Assembly (NCBI GenBank): GCA_963789265.1
Contig: CAWBKB010000001.1
Coordinates: forward strand, 864,001 to 928,000
Length of the DNA: 64,000 nucleotides
DNA from: an uncultured delta proteobacterium
Lineage (GTDB): Bacteria > Desulfobacterota > Desulfomonilia > Desulfomonilales > Desulfomonilaceae
Direction of reading: 5' to 3'
Made by a program: the position numbers and the translations under genes. The notes beneath the pieces were generated by a model. That model was given only the letters and a program-made list of their open reading frames with translations. It did no database searches and was not told the origin of the DNA. Below are positions 10,297 to 19,953 of the stretch, in pieces; within the stretch, counting starts at the first letter, position 1, and each line of letters opens with the position of its first letter.

Positions 10297-11997
10297 CTAT
10301 GCATCGGATGAACGAGAGGACACTGTCTTAGGCTGCCGCTCTAACGCTTCTCGTATTATCTTTTTGTTAATCTTGCCCACACTCGTTTTCGGGATCTCGT
10401 TCACTAGCTCAACGCGATCCGGGACCGCCCATTTAGAAATAAGTCCCTTTTCGACGAACTGTTGGAGAAATATTCGCAAGTCCTTTCCGGAAACATTCCC
10501 GTCGCAATCGGATTTTAGTACGACGAGAGCGACCGGGCGTTCACCCCATTTATCATGCGGAACACCGATCACGGCCGATTCCGAAACCGCTTCATGCTGA
10601 CTGAGCAAACTTTCCAGTTCCAGGGAGGAAATCCACTCGCCTCCACTCTTGATCGCGTCCTTCAACCGATCGGTAATTTGAACGTATCCCTCTTCATCAA
10701 CAGTAGCGACGTCGCCGGTGTGAAGACGACCGCCCCGCCACAGCTCTTCTGATTGGCCGGCGTTCTTGAAGTACCCTTGAGTGCACCAGGGTGTTCGCAC
10801 GACGATTTCGCCAACGGATTTCCCATCTCTCCGTACCGGATAGCCATCCTCATCCACGATCTCGAGATCCACCAGCGGTATTGGAAAGCCGGTCTTGGTC
10901 CTGAAGTCCAGTTGCCCTTCGATGTCCCAATCGATCATGTGAGGTTTCAAGTTCGCGAGTGTCAGGATCGGGCATGTTTCGGACATTCCGTAACCGTGAA
11001 AAACCTCCACGCCCATTTCTAAAGCCTTCTTGGCGAGACCTCGCGGTAGCGCCATGCCCCCGGTGTTGACCTTCCAACCGCAGAGATCAATCTCTTTGGC
11101 GAGAGGATGATTTAACAGCATGTGCAGGATAGTGGGGACGCAATGAGAGAAGGTCACTTTCTCTTGCTGTATAAGTTTAAGAATTGTTTCAGGCACATAT
11201 CGTCCGGGATAGACTTGCTTGGCCGCAAGAAGGGTGGCCACATAAGGGAACCCCCAAGCATGAACGTGGAACATGGGCGTGATAGGCATGTACACGTCAC
11301 CGGATTGCAATCTGCCCGGCGCAGTATACCCCGCCGCTGCAATGCTAACGGCCAGTGTATGTAGCACCAGTTGACGATGACTGAAATACACTCCTTTGGG
11401 CGGACCGGTCGTGCCCGTGGTGTAGAATATGGTGGCCTGAGCATCTTCTTCAAAATCGGGAAAATCGAATGACGCGCTCGCTCCTTCGAGCATCTCCTCA
11501 TATTCCAAACATATCGGCAAGGAGGTCGCAGGGCTCTCGGCATTGTCCTTGATCACAACGTAAGTTTGCACGGTTTCAAGCTCTGTCGCGACGCTTTCAA
11601 GGACCGGCACGAAATCTTCGTGAACCAGGACGACGGAATCCTCCGCGTGATTCATGGTGTAGAGAATCTGCTCCGGTGAAAGCCTGACATTGACTGTGTG
11701 GAGAATTGCTCCTGTCATGGGAATGCCGAAAAAAGCCTCCAGGTAGCGATGTGAATCCCAATCCAGGAATGCTACCGTATCACCGGGCTGAAGGCCGAGG
11801 GATGACAGGCCGGAGGCCAGCCTGTTGATGCGCTCGTAGAAGACTCTGTATGTGTGCCGAACTTGGCCCCGATATACTATTTCTTTGTCCGGGCCATAGA
11901 GTATCGGGGTGTGGAGCAACTGTTTTAGAAGCAATGGATACGAATATGCCGAGGGCGTGTGAAAGATAGGACGGAATCCTTCCTTCATTACTTGCAT
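10297..11997 (-). CDS. Medium/long-chain fatty acid-CoA ligase (AlkK/DmdB-like)
   Basis: [48 protein letters not shown]. Confidence 0.93.
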   Translation of the reverse strand: MQVMKEGFRPIFHTPSAYSYPLLLKQLLHTPILYGPDKEIVYRGQVRHTYRVFYERINRLASGLSSLGLQPGDTVAFLDWDSHRYLEAFFGIPMTGAILHTVNVRLSPEQILYTMNHAEDSVVLVHEDFVPVLESVATELETVQTYVVIKDNAESPATSLPICLEYEEMLEGASASFDFPDFEEDAQATIFYTTGTTGPPKGVYFSHRQLVLHTLAVSIAAAGYTAPGRLQSGDVYMPITPMFHVHAWGFPYVATLLAAKQVYPGRYVPETILKLIQQEKVTFSHCVPTILHMLLNHPLAKEIDLCGWKVNTGGMALPRGLAKKALEMGVEVFHGYGMSETCPILTLANLKPHMIDWDIEGQLDFRTKTGFPIPLVDLEIVDEDGYPVRRDGKSVGEIVVRTPWCTQGYFKNAGQSEELWRGGRLHTGDVATVDEEGYVQITDRLKDAIKSGGEWISSLELESLLSQHEAVSESAVIGVPHDKWGERPVALVVLKSDCDGNVSGKDLRIFLQQFVEKGLISKWAVPDRVELVNEIPKTSVGKINKKIIREALERQPKTVSSRSSDA

Positions 11998-12162
11998 CTC
12001 CGGATTGTCGGGGTGTGTGTTATCTCTTCAACTGCGGTCTTCATGCCTGTCTCTCTCCTCCCGCTTAGTGAACGAAGTTTAAAAAGCAGAGAATGAAAAT
12101 TGCTTTGGAACGATTTTTCTTGTCAAGGAAAAACCAAGCCGAAGTGGAAGAGAAAGCTTCTC

Positions 12163-14370
12163 TCAGTCAAGTGCTAACGAGAGTTGATGACCCGATATCT
12201 TTCTGAAAATGGGCTGAACCTTGGCAGGACCACATACATGTCTCAAGGTCTTGGCAGCGCCTTCTAGGGTACGTTCCTGCTGCCTAAACACGTCGACCGC
12301 GTGCTGCACTGAATCGGTTTGCCCAAGTTCGGCAATAAACTGGCTAAAAAGGCACACTCGTCGGTCATTCTCAGATAGCTTCAGACCTATAGACTCAATT
12401 CGGGCGATTTTTTGACAGGTTCTTTCAATTGCTTTTTTCAAAGCTTCTTCAGGCTCGGCTGGCGGGCGTACATCGTTCGCCTTCTTTACGCATACGAGAA
12501 TGACGTCCAACTGGATTGGGTCTTTGGCCTGAGACTTGGGGGCCGCAACAGACATTTCAGCCTTGACCGGGTGTGCATTAACAATGGAAAAACCCGCACC
12601 GCCGACTGCCTGTATAAGTGAAGCCCAGCCCTCTGCTCGGGAATGATGATACGTAAATACTAAAAGCCCGTTATCTTTCAAAACGCGACGACATTCTACG
12701 AAAACGTTCATCAGCTTTGCGGCGAACGCCTCTGGCCTCGCATCTTGTACCTCCCGATCATTTCGCGTTGTCCCGCCGTTGCGTAAAAATCCATGAGGGT
12801 ACAACGTTTCCCATGCATAGAAGAAATCCGCCAATTCCGCGTAGTGAACATTGTCGAAGAAGGGGGGATCCGTTACAACGAGATCTATGCAAGATCTGGG
12901 AAGGCGAGTATCGTGAGAGCTGTGACAAGATAGATAGATTCCGCGTTCGGCGAAATCGCCGGAGTCCGGCCAACGCTCCTCCACTCTACCTGAGAAAGTT
13001 TGGCCACAGCCGTACACCTTACCAGAACTATGCATGGCTACCTCGAAGGGCTCGGCTCGGTAGTCTAGCGCACGTAACAGACGGGTTTTGTAAAAGTTCG
13101 AGAATGAACCAGAACTCTTGGGAGTTCCCCAGACGTTGGCCTCTATGGGCATACGCTCCGGTTTGAGAATGTGGTGCGAAAACATGTGTCGAACTGCGCC
13201 GGTACCTTCCCCCTTGTATGAAGCAAACAGATTGTTGAACTCCAACACACCTGAAAAAAGAATGAACAGAGCATCACGAGCGGTCGTCGCCGGTAGCTGC
13301 GAAATGGCACTTTGTAGCCACGCTAGAGCCAGAAGTTGCCTGTCATTAAAGAAATCTCGCCAAGAGCCATAATTGTAGGCCAATACTTGACGAGTGTTAT
13401 ATCCGTCTTCCAGTGCCGTTTGGGGCAGTCGTATGGATTTGCGCTCCAGCTCTTTTATTAGCGTTACGGAGCATTCTCGATAGGCGTTTAGGTCAGCAGT
13501 GGTGGTGGGCAAATAGCGCTTTTGCCCTCCCGGCGTGAGCAAAAGCTTGCCGTATAGCCGATGTGCGGGAGGGTGTCCGGATGATCGAACTGCTTTAAGA
13601 ATAGAAAAGGAATGCTTGCAGATTGAACAGACGGCCTTGGCGCCACTAGAGGTACCCACATGAGGATCGAAGCTTAACCCACACCGGCTACAGCGAGCCG
13701 AGCGTTCGTCGGCCAGTGCAGGAAAAATTTCCCCACAGCGAGGACATAGAATCTGAACTTGGGGCTTACGGTCGGGGTAGGCATTCCGTGCAATTACGTA
13801 ATGATTAAATAAGTCCAGTGCTGAACCGCACTCGGGGCATTGCACCTGCTTCACCCAAAAATAATACAAAACATCACAAGATTGGCCGTCTTGGTCCTCA
13901 GATTTGTACAGTTCCATAATTCTTTGGCCCACGGTAGAAGCGAGGCTACCGAAGGCACTTTGCAGTTGCCGCCGACTAAGAGGACCAAGGGCAACGCGAA
14001 CGCTTTCGCAGGCCACGGGATTGATATCCCGCCCCAAAGCCACGCACCCAAGTTTGTGTGCTTCGCCAATTGTTGTGCCACTGCCCATAAATGGGTCGAA
14101 AACCGATATGTCCAGGCGATTGTGCTTTTGGTAAAAGGCATCCTGGAAGTCAGCAGACTCGTCGAGCAAACATCCGAGAAGGATTCCACGAAACACAGAA
14201 CCCAAGCGCTTGGCCCACCATTTGTGCAGATGGTAGACGGGGCGATAAATCTCTTTCCGCCAGCTCTCTCGCTGAGCAACGGCTGAAAGAAATTCGACCG
14301 GAAATTCATCCGTTTCAATCAGCCGGGCTGGCAAACCCGTTCGTTCGCTACTCGTCGCCACAAGAATCAC
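12163..14370 (-). CDS. Amino (N6A/N4C) DNA methyltransferase with Zn-ribbon insertion (DUF1156-like architecture)
   Basis: HKWWAKR, motif I DPFMGSGTT, four CxxC pairs, motif IV TDPPF followed by YAELADFFY, VFTYHH. Confidence 0.85.
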   Translation of the reverse strand: MILVATSSERTGLPARLIETDEFPVEFLSAVAQRESWRKEIYRPVYHLHKWWAKRLGSVFRGILLGCLLDESADFQDAFYQKHNRLDISVFDPFMGSGTTIGEAHKLGCVALGRDINPVACESVRVALGPLSRRQLQSAFGSLASTVGQRIMELYKSEDQDGQSCDVLYYFWVKQVQCPECGSALDLFNHYVIARNAYPDRKPQVQILCPRCGEIFPALADERSARCSRCGLSFDPHVGTSSGAKAVCSICKHSFSILKAVRSSGHPPAHRLYGKLLLTPGGQKRYLPTTTADLNAYRECSVTLIKELERKSIRLPQTALEDGYNTRQVLAYNYGSWRDFFNDRQLLALAWLQSAISQLPATTARDALFILFSGVLEFNNLFASYKGEGTGAVRHMFSHHILKPERMPIEANVWGTPKSSGSFSNFYKTRLLRALDYRAEPFEVAMHSSGKVYGCGQTFSGRVEERWPDSGDFAERGIYLSCHSSHDTRLPRSCIDLVVTDPPFFDNVHYAELADFFYAWETLYPHGFLRNGGTTRNDREVQDARPEAFAAKLMNVFVECRRVLKDNGLLVFTYHHSRAEGWASLIQAVGGAGFSIVNAHPVKAEMSVAAPKSQAKDPIQLDVILVCVKKANDVRPPAEPEEALKKAIERTCQKIARIESIGLKLSENDRRVCLFSQFIAELGQTDSVQHAVDVFRQQERTLEGAAKTLRHVCGPAKVQPIFRKISGHQLSLALD

Positions 14371-15152
14371 CCTGTTCGTCGTCTGTCGCCAGTTATGGTG
14401 ACTTCCCTCATGGCAACAGGTTGATCTGAGCTGTCACCCAGCCTCCAAGCCCCAAATTTGTGTTCCCTCCCGGCTGCTGGGTTACGAACAGTTCGAGGCT
14501 TGAGTACATTGTGCTGGAGATCGAAACTGTAGCCAACAATCAGTTTATCGGCTTCCGTGCGGACGAGCGTGCCGACCTGTTTGAAACCTCGTGGTAACGA
14601 ACTCTCTGTGGGAAGGATCAGTGTCTGCCCGTGAGCGACCCCATCTGCAAGTCCAAATGGGGTCGGAGCGACGTACATTTTCCTATCTCTAATCAAGATG
14701 TCCCCATAGCTTCCAAAGCCCCTGACACTCTTGTTCTTGTGAACGTATTCGTGATCAGCATTGAGAAAATCCCCGTGGCAAATTACCAAATCGAGGACCG
14801 GATAAGTGTCGCCATCAGGCTGGCTCGGATAACGGCCAAAAACATAAAATATTGTCCGACCATTGTGATATCCGGAAGGAACCTGACTGTTGCAGTCGTA
14901 GTTAAGCTCGCGGCCCGGGTACGCTAAACCTTTTACCTCGTAGCCATCGGTAACCTGCACCATGCGAAAATCCGGATAACTATTCCGCCCTCCCATTTCA
15001 TGATTAAATCCGGTTTCCTCTAGACGGGAGCGCACCCAATTCTGAAAATGAAATTCTTTGTCTTGACGGCTCACACGTCGTGTCATCTGATTGCGTCGGA
15101 TGGCGTCAATACATCTTTCGAAGACCTCAAAGACTGTCGATTCACATGGCAT
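14367..15152 (-). CDS. Putative PD-(D/E)xK restriction endonuclease
   Basis: E...YPDF-x8-YEVK motif; 4-nt GTGA overlap with the downstream methyltransferase. Confidence 0.65.
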   Translation of the reverse strand: MPCESTVFEVFERCIDAIRRNQMTRRVSRQDKEFHFQNWVRSRLEETGFNHEMGGRNSYPDFRMVQVTDGYEVKGLAYPGRELNYDCNSQVPSGYHNGRTIFYVFGRYPSQPDGDTYPVLDLVICHGDFLNADHEYVHKNKSVRGFGSYGDILIRDRKMYVAPTPFGLADGVAHGQTLILPTESSLPRGFKQVGTLVRTEADKLIVGYSFDLQHNVLKPRTVRNPAAGREHKFGAWRLGDSSDQPVAMREVTITGDRRRTG

Positions 15153-15688
15153 TGTGTCCCGCTCCAATGGGATTGCGGTGCAGAAGCTTTGGTGCTGAAG
15201 TCTTCTGAAGGATTTTGGACCTTATCCTCATACGCTTGCACTGGCCATTTGTCAATTGCCTCGTCGCTGAACCACCAGATCGAATGCCTCATCTGGAACG
15301 GAGAAACGATGGTTAGGCTCACCCAGATAAAAGGATTCGAGGCGGAAATAAGATGCCGAGGTTTTTCCAAAACGGCGGTCCCTCATCACAAAGCCGGATT
15401 CTCTCTTCTTGTAAGTATGCTTTTCGGTTCCGTGGATTAGTAGGCTCAGAGACGTCCCAATCGTACAACCCAGATCTGTTGATCGAATCGGCCTTGCTCT
15501 TATGCTAGGCTTGCGGATAACTGGCTAAAGATTGAATCCGTGGCAGTTTCCTGTGGTGAAAGCTTGCCGCAGCTAATTCAATCTTCTAAAGTTTCGCCCT
15601 TGGGTAATCTTAAGCGTTGAGAATAGCTTCTTGACTTTGTATCCGCGCATCCATGATACTCCCTTTATTTCTTTGGACAAAGGTCTCG

Positions 15689-16519
15689 ATGAAAAATCTC
15701 TACCAGTGGGTTCAAGACGCTGTCGGCTTTCTTGGGGGAAGAATCCGTTCACAACCGGAGGCGGCCATCGTTCTCGGTACGGGACTCGGAGGGATCGCTG
15801 ACCGGGTCGACGTGATAGATCGAATTCCGTACAGCGAGGTGCCTCATTTCTCCGAATCGACCGTCGAGGGGCACAAGGGAGATCTTCTCTTCGGAACACT
15901 CGCCGGCCGAAGCGTCGTGGTCATGCAGGGTCGATTCCATTACTATGAAGGCCACACACTTCAGGTGGCGACGCTTCCAGTACGCATAATGCGAGAATTG
16001 GGGGCGCGATACCTTTTCATCATCAGCGCTGCCGGCGGGCTCAACCCCGACTTCACCGCGAGAGACGTGATGATTGTGACTGACCATATAAACCTGCTTG
16101 GCGACAATCCCCTGAGAGGGGTTACAGACGAGCGGCTGGGTGAACGATTCCCCGACATGAGCCTGCCGTACGACGAAGAGTTGATTCGGAAGGCAAAAGA
16201 GGCCGCTCTGGACCGCAAAATCACTGTCCGCTTCGGCGTTTATGTCGCAGTGGCCGGGCCGAGCCTTGAAACCCCTGCGGAAACGAGAATGCTGCGCCTG
16301 CTTGGAGCCGACGCTGTTGGGATGAGCACGGTCCCGGAGGTAATTGTGGCGAAACATGTGGGGTTCAGGACACTCGCCCTTGCGGCAATAACGAACGTGA
16401 ATCGTCCTGAAGCGATGGAACCCATATCTGTAGGCAAGGTGATCGCCAATGCCGAGGCGATAAAACCGTCGATGGTTGCCATACTTGAAGGGACATTCAG
16501 GCGACTGAGCCCTAGTTAA
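15689..16519 (+). CDS. Purine-nucleoside phosphorylase (trimeric family)
   Basis: IVLGTGLG, VEGHKG, QGRFHYYEG, GPSLETPAE, AVGMSTVPE. Confidence 0.93.
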   Translation: MKNLYQWVQDAVGFLGGRIRSQPEAAIVLGTGLGGIADRVDVIDRIPYSEVPHFSESTVEGHKGDLLFGTLAGRSVVVMQGRFHYYEGHTLQVATLPVRIMRELGARYLFIISAAGGLNPDFTARDVMIVTDHINLLGDNPLRGVTDERLGERFPDMSLPYDEELIRKAKEAALDRKITVRFGVYVAVAGPSLETPAETRMLRLLGADAVGMSTVPEVIVAKHVGFRTLALAAITNVNRPEAMEPISVGKVIANAEAIKPSMVAILEGTFRRLSPS

Positions 16520-16548
16520 TTGGACCCCGATTCTGGGAGATTTCTCCG

Positions 16549-17910
16549 GTGAGCGCTGAAACGATACTCATAAACGGTCTGATTTTGACCGATCCTTCCA
16601 GGCCCGAAGTAGTACCTCACGGGCGGACGGTGATCAATGGGAACAGCCTGGTGCAAGTCAATGTTCTCAACGATTCGAATCTCCCATCTGAAGGTGTTAT
16701 CGACTGTTCAGACTGTTTGATTATGCCGGGGCTGGTCAATGGGCATACACATGCGGCCATGAGCCTTCTCAGAGGAGTTGCGGACGATCTGCCCCTGAAC
16801 GAGTGGCTTCAAAGGTATATTTTTCCTGCCGAAGCAAAACACGTTGTACCCGAATTCGTTTACCTGGGCACCTGCCTTGCCGCTGTCGAAATGGCATTAA
16901 ACGGCATCACCACTTTTGCTGACGGCTATTTCCACATGGAGAACTCTGCACGAGCCGCTCTGGATGTTGGGCTTAGATCGCTGGTGGCGCAGGGTATCCT
17001 CGACGTGCCCGCACCTGACGCTCCCATAGCCGGCTCGTGGAGAAGACGAGTGAACGAGTTCCTCGCAGAATGCCCCACGCATTCATTGATCACACCGGCC
17101 CTGTTTTGTCATTCGCCTTACCTCTGCAGTGCTGAGACCTTGCAGGCAGCCCAGGCTATCAGCAAAGAGCATAATATCCTTCTGTTTTCTCACGTTTCCG
17201 AGACTGCACAGGAAGTGGAGGAAATCAGGAAACGGTACGGTGTTAGACCTTTCAAGCACCTCCAAGGATTGGGAATCCTGGGTCCGAATTTTGTCGCTGT
17301 CCACGCGGTTCACTTGTCCGACTCGGAAAAAGAGCTGTTGGCCAAGTCCTCCACCGGGGTCGTGCACTGTCCCGAGAGCAACATGAAGCTGGCGTCGGGA
17401 GCGGCACCGGTCTATGATCTACTTGCCGGCGGAGTAACAGTAGCGATCGGCACTGACGGCCCGGCCAGCAACAACAATCTGGACCTTCTCGAAGAAATGC
17501 GTTCCGCGTCGTTGATGGCCAAGCTCGTGACGGGCGATCCCCAGGCCCTGGACGCTCGCACAGTCCTGCGCATGGCCACAATCGACGGCGCAAAGGCTCT
17601 GGGAATGGAAGATCGCATCGGCTCACTGGCACCCGGGAAGCTGGCCGATGTGACCGTGATCCACTTGAACCGCCCGCATCTTACTCCACTATATGATGCC
17701 ATATCTCATCTGGTATACGCGGCCAGGGGGAGCGATGTCCGCCATGTGATGGTAAACGGCAGATTAGTTGTCAGAGACGGTCGAATCACCACGGTGGATA
17801 AGGACGATCTGATGGCGCGGGCACGTTCTGTTGCGGCAAGCATCAGAAATGATCTCGGAATAGCTACTTATGGAGATCGTGTGATAAATGAAGGACAAGA
17901 TCACATATAA
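16549..17910 (+). CDS. Amidohydrolase, MTA/SAH deaminase (MtaD-like)
   Basis: PGLVNGHTH, HSPY, HVSET, HCPESNMKLASG, GTDGPASNN. Confidence 0.85.
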   Translation: MSAETILINGLILTDPSRPEVVPHGRTVINGNSLVQVNVLNDSNLPSEGVIDCSDCLIMPGLVNGHTHAAMSLLRGVADDLPLNEWLQRYIFPAEAKHVVPEFVYLGTCLAAVEMALNGITTFADGYFHMENSARAALDVGLRSLVAQGILDVPAPDAPIAGSWRRRVNEFLAECPTHSLITPALFCHSPYLCSAETLQAAQAISKEHNILLFSHVSETAQEVEEIRKRYGVRPFKHLQGLGILGPNFVAVHAVHLSDSEKELLAKSSTGVVHCPESNMKLASGAAPVYDLLAGGVTVAIGTDGPASNNNLDLLEEMRSASLMAKLVTGDPQALDARTVLRMATIDGAKALGMEDRIGSLAPGKLADVTVIHLNRPHLTPLYDAISHLVYAARGSDVRHVMVNGRLVVRDGRITTVDKDDLMARARSVAASIRNDLGIATYGDRVINEGQDHI

Positions 17911-18931
17911 AGACGCGGGAGTGGACGTGGAATTGGCCGACAAACTCATCGGCTCTCTCGCGGACCGCATCAAATCCACCTTCAGACCCGAGGTGCTGAC
18001 GAACATCGGCGGCTTTGCTGCGTTGTTTCGGCCCGAGTGGCGTCGATACCGAGACCCTTTATTGGTTTCGGCCACGGATGGAGTCGGGACAAAGTTGAAA
18101 ATAGCCTTCCTCACTGGAATACATGACACCGTCGGTATCGACCTGGTAGCCATGAACGTCAACGACCTTCTGGTGATGGGTGCGGAACCCCTCTTTTTTC
18201 TGGACTATTTTGCAACGGGGTCGATCCTGCCTGAAATAGTTCGGGCCGTGATTTCAGGCATTGCTCGTGGCTGCGAAATGGCCGGTTGCTCCCTCATTGG
18301 AGGAGAGACCGCGGAAATGCCTGACTTTTATTGCAGTGGCGAATACGACCTGGCTGGTTTTTGCGTCGGAATGGTGGATCGTCCGGATGTCGTGGATGGT
18401 TCAAGGATCAAACCGGGAGACGCCGTCCTCGGGATAGCCTCTTCCGGCCTTCACAGCAACGGATTCAGTCTGGTAAGAAAAGTCTTTCTGGAACGCAAAG
18501 GATATTCTCTGGATGCTAATTTTGCTGAGATCGGAAAGCCTCTCGGAGAGGAATTGCTGGTCCCGACGGTAATTTACGTCAAGCCGGTCCTCCAGTTGTG
18601 CAAAACTGTACCGGTGTCGGGAATGGCCCACATCACCGGCGGGGGCTTCATTGGCAACATTCCGCGGGTTCTGCCTTCAAGGTGTGCTATTTCAATAACT
18701 AAGGGGTCCTGGAAAGTTCCCCCGATTTTCGACCTTCTACAGAGAGATGCCGGTTTGGACGATGTGGAGATGTACGGCACCTTCAATATGGGCATAGGGT
18801 TTGTAGTAATTGTCGATCGCAATGATGCTGAAGCCGCGCTGGAAGACCTTCAAAGTAATGGGATGACCGCGTGGGGTATCGGTGACGTAATACCGCGCCC
18901 CGATGCAGGTGAAGCTGTGGTCTTTTGTTGA
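17888..18931 (+). CDS. purM: Phosphoribosylformylglycinamidine cyclo-ligase (AIR synthase)
   Basis: TYKDAGVD, TDGVGTK, GGETAEMP, GLHSNGFSL, HITGGG, TFNMGIG. Confidence 0.97.
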   Translation: MKDKITYKDAGVDVELADKLIGSLADRIKSTFRPEVLTNIGGFAALFRPEWRRYRDPLLVSATDGVGTKLKIAFLTGIHDTVGIDLVAMNVNDLLVMGAEPLFFLDYFATGSILPEIVRAVISGIARGCEMAGCSLIGGETAEMPDFYCSGEYDLAGFCVGMVDRPDVVDGSRIKPGDAVLGIASSGLHSNGFSLVRKVFLERKGYSLDANFAEIGKPLGEELLVPTVIYVKPVLQLCKTVPVSGMAHITGGGFIGNIPRVLPSRCAISITKGSWKVPPIFDLLQRDAGLDDVEMYGTFNMGIGFVVIVDRNDAEAALEDLQSNGMTAWGIGDVIPRPDAGEAVVFC

Positions 18932-18998
18932 CGGAGATGTACCACAGCATCAGTGTACTCCTTCCGTCACACGCGGAAAACGCGCTACTCCAACTGGT

Positions 18999-19083
18999 GT
19001 CATTGCGAGCGAAGCGAAGCAATCTCATTGAATGAGTGCCTATAAAACCGGGATTGCTTCGTAGCTTTGCTCCTCGCAATGAC
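18999..19083. repeat. Palindromic element GTCATTGCGAG...CTCGCAATGAC
   Basis: 11-bp outer inverted repeat plus inner CGAAGCAATC/GATTGCTTCG inverted repeat. Confidence 0.65.
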
Positions 19084-19150
19084 AACATTCCACCGCTAAC
19101 TGGATTGACATGTGGCGGTAGCGAACGCCCAATTTTGACCTGGAGCCGCG

Positions 19151-19615
19151 ATGCCCGTGCGAATAGTCATAAGCGCCTGCCTCGCAGGATTATATACTCG
19201 CTATGATGGGAGTTCGCGGCCTCACCCCATGCTGGCCACGTTACGTGCAAGAAGTGTTCTCGTGCCGGCCTGTCCGGAGATTCTCGGTGGATTAGGAATA
19301 CCGCGTCCTCCCTGCCGGTTTTCCGGAGGTGACGGTCATGCCGTGTTAGTAGGAGAGGCTCGCGTCATAGACACAAATGGAACCGACCGGACCCTTTCTT
19401 TTCTACGCGGAGCAGAAGAGACCGCCCGGGTGGTGGAACTGATTTCCCCGGATTTGATCATATTCAAAGAGGGGAGTCCTTCATGCGGTATTCGCAACGT
19501 GGATATCGAAGGCAAGAAGGAACAAGGTTGCGGGGTGGCCACTGCTAGGATGGCTGGCAGCGGTATTCTTATGATCTCGGAAGAAGACCCTCTGCCGGAA
19601 GATCTGCGGACCTGA
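19151..19615 (+). CDS. DUF523 family protein (2-thiouracil desulfurase-like)
   Basis: ISACLAG...RYDG, CPEILGGLGIPR, KEGSPSCG, GVATA. Confidence 0.9.
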   Translation: MPVRIVISACLAGLYTRYDGSSRPHPMLATLRARSVLVPACPEILGGLGIPRPPCRFSGGDGHAVLVGEARVIDTNGTDRTLSFLRGAEETARVVELISPDLIIFKEGSPSCGIRNVDIEGKKEQGCGVATARMAGSGILMISEEDPLPEDLRT

Positions 19616-19953
19616 TCCCCGGAAATTTCGAGAAAGCTCATATCGGTTGCCAAAAACAATGTCCATTTGGCCGCCCGATGCAAAGAATGCTGAACACGCG
19701 TTGCGGTGGCGTTTTGCCGTCGTTCCTGCGTACGTGGGAGTCCGGTAGGTCCGGCCTCCGCGCCGGTCAACCGTCGCCGGCAGGGACGCCGGCGCTACCC
19801 CCGGATCGGAGTCCGGGATAACAGTGTCATCTGGCAAATCGGCCGAAACTTTTGGCAAAGCATACAAAATAACCCCTTATACCCACACAACAAAGTATGG
19901 AAGCTATCCACCTGCTGTATATTCAAAGTCATTGCCGGAATCTGTGGGATTTT

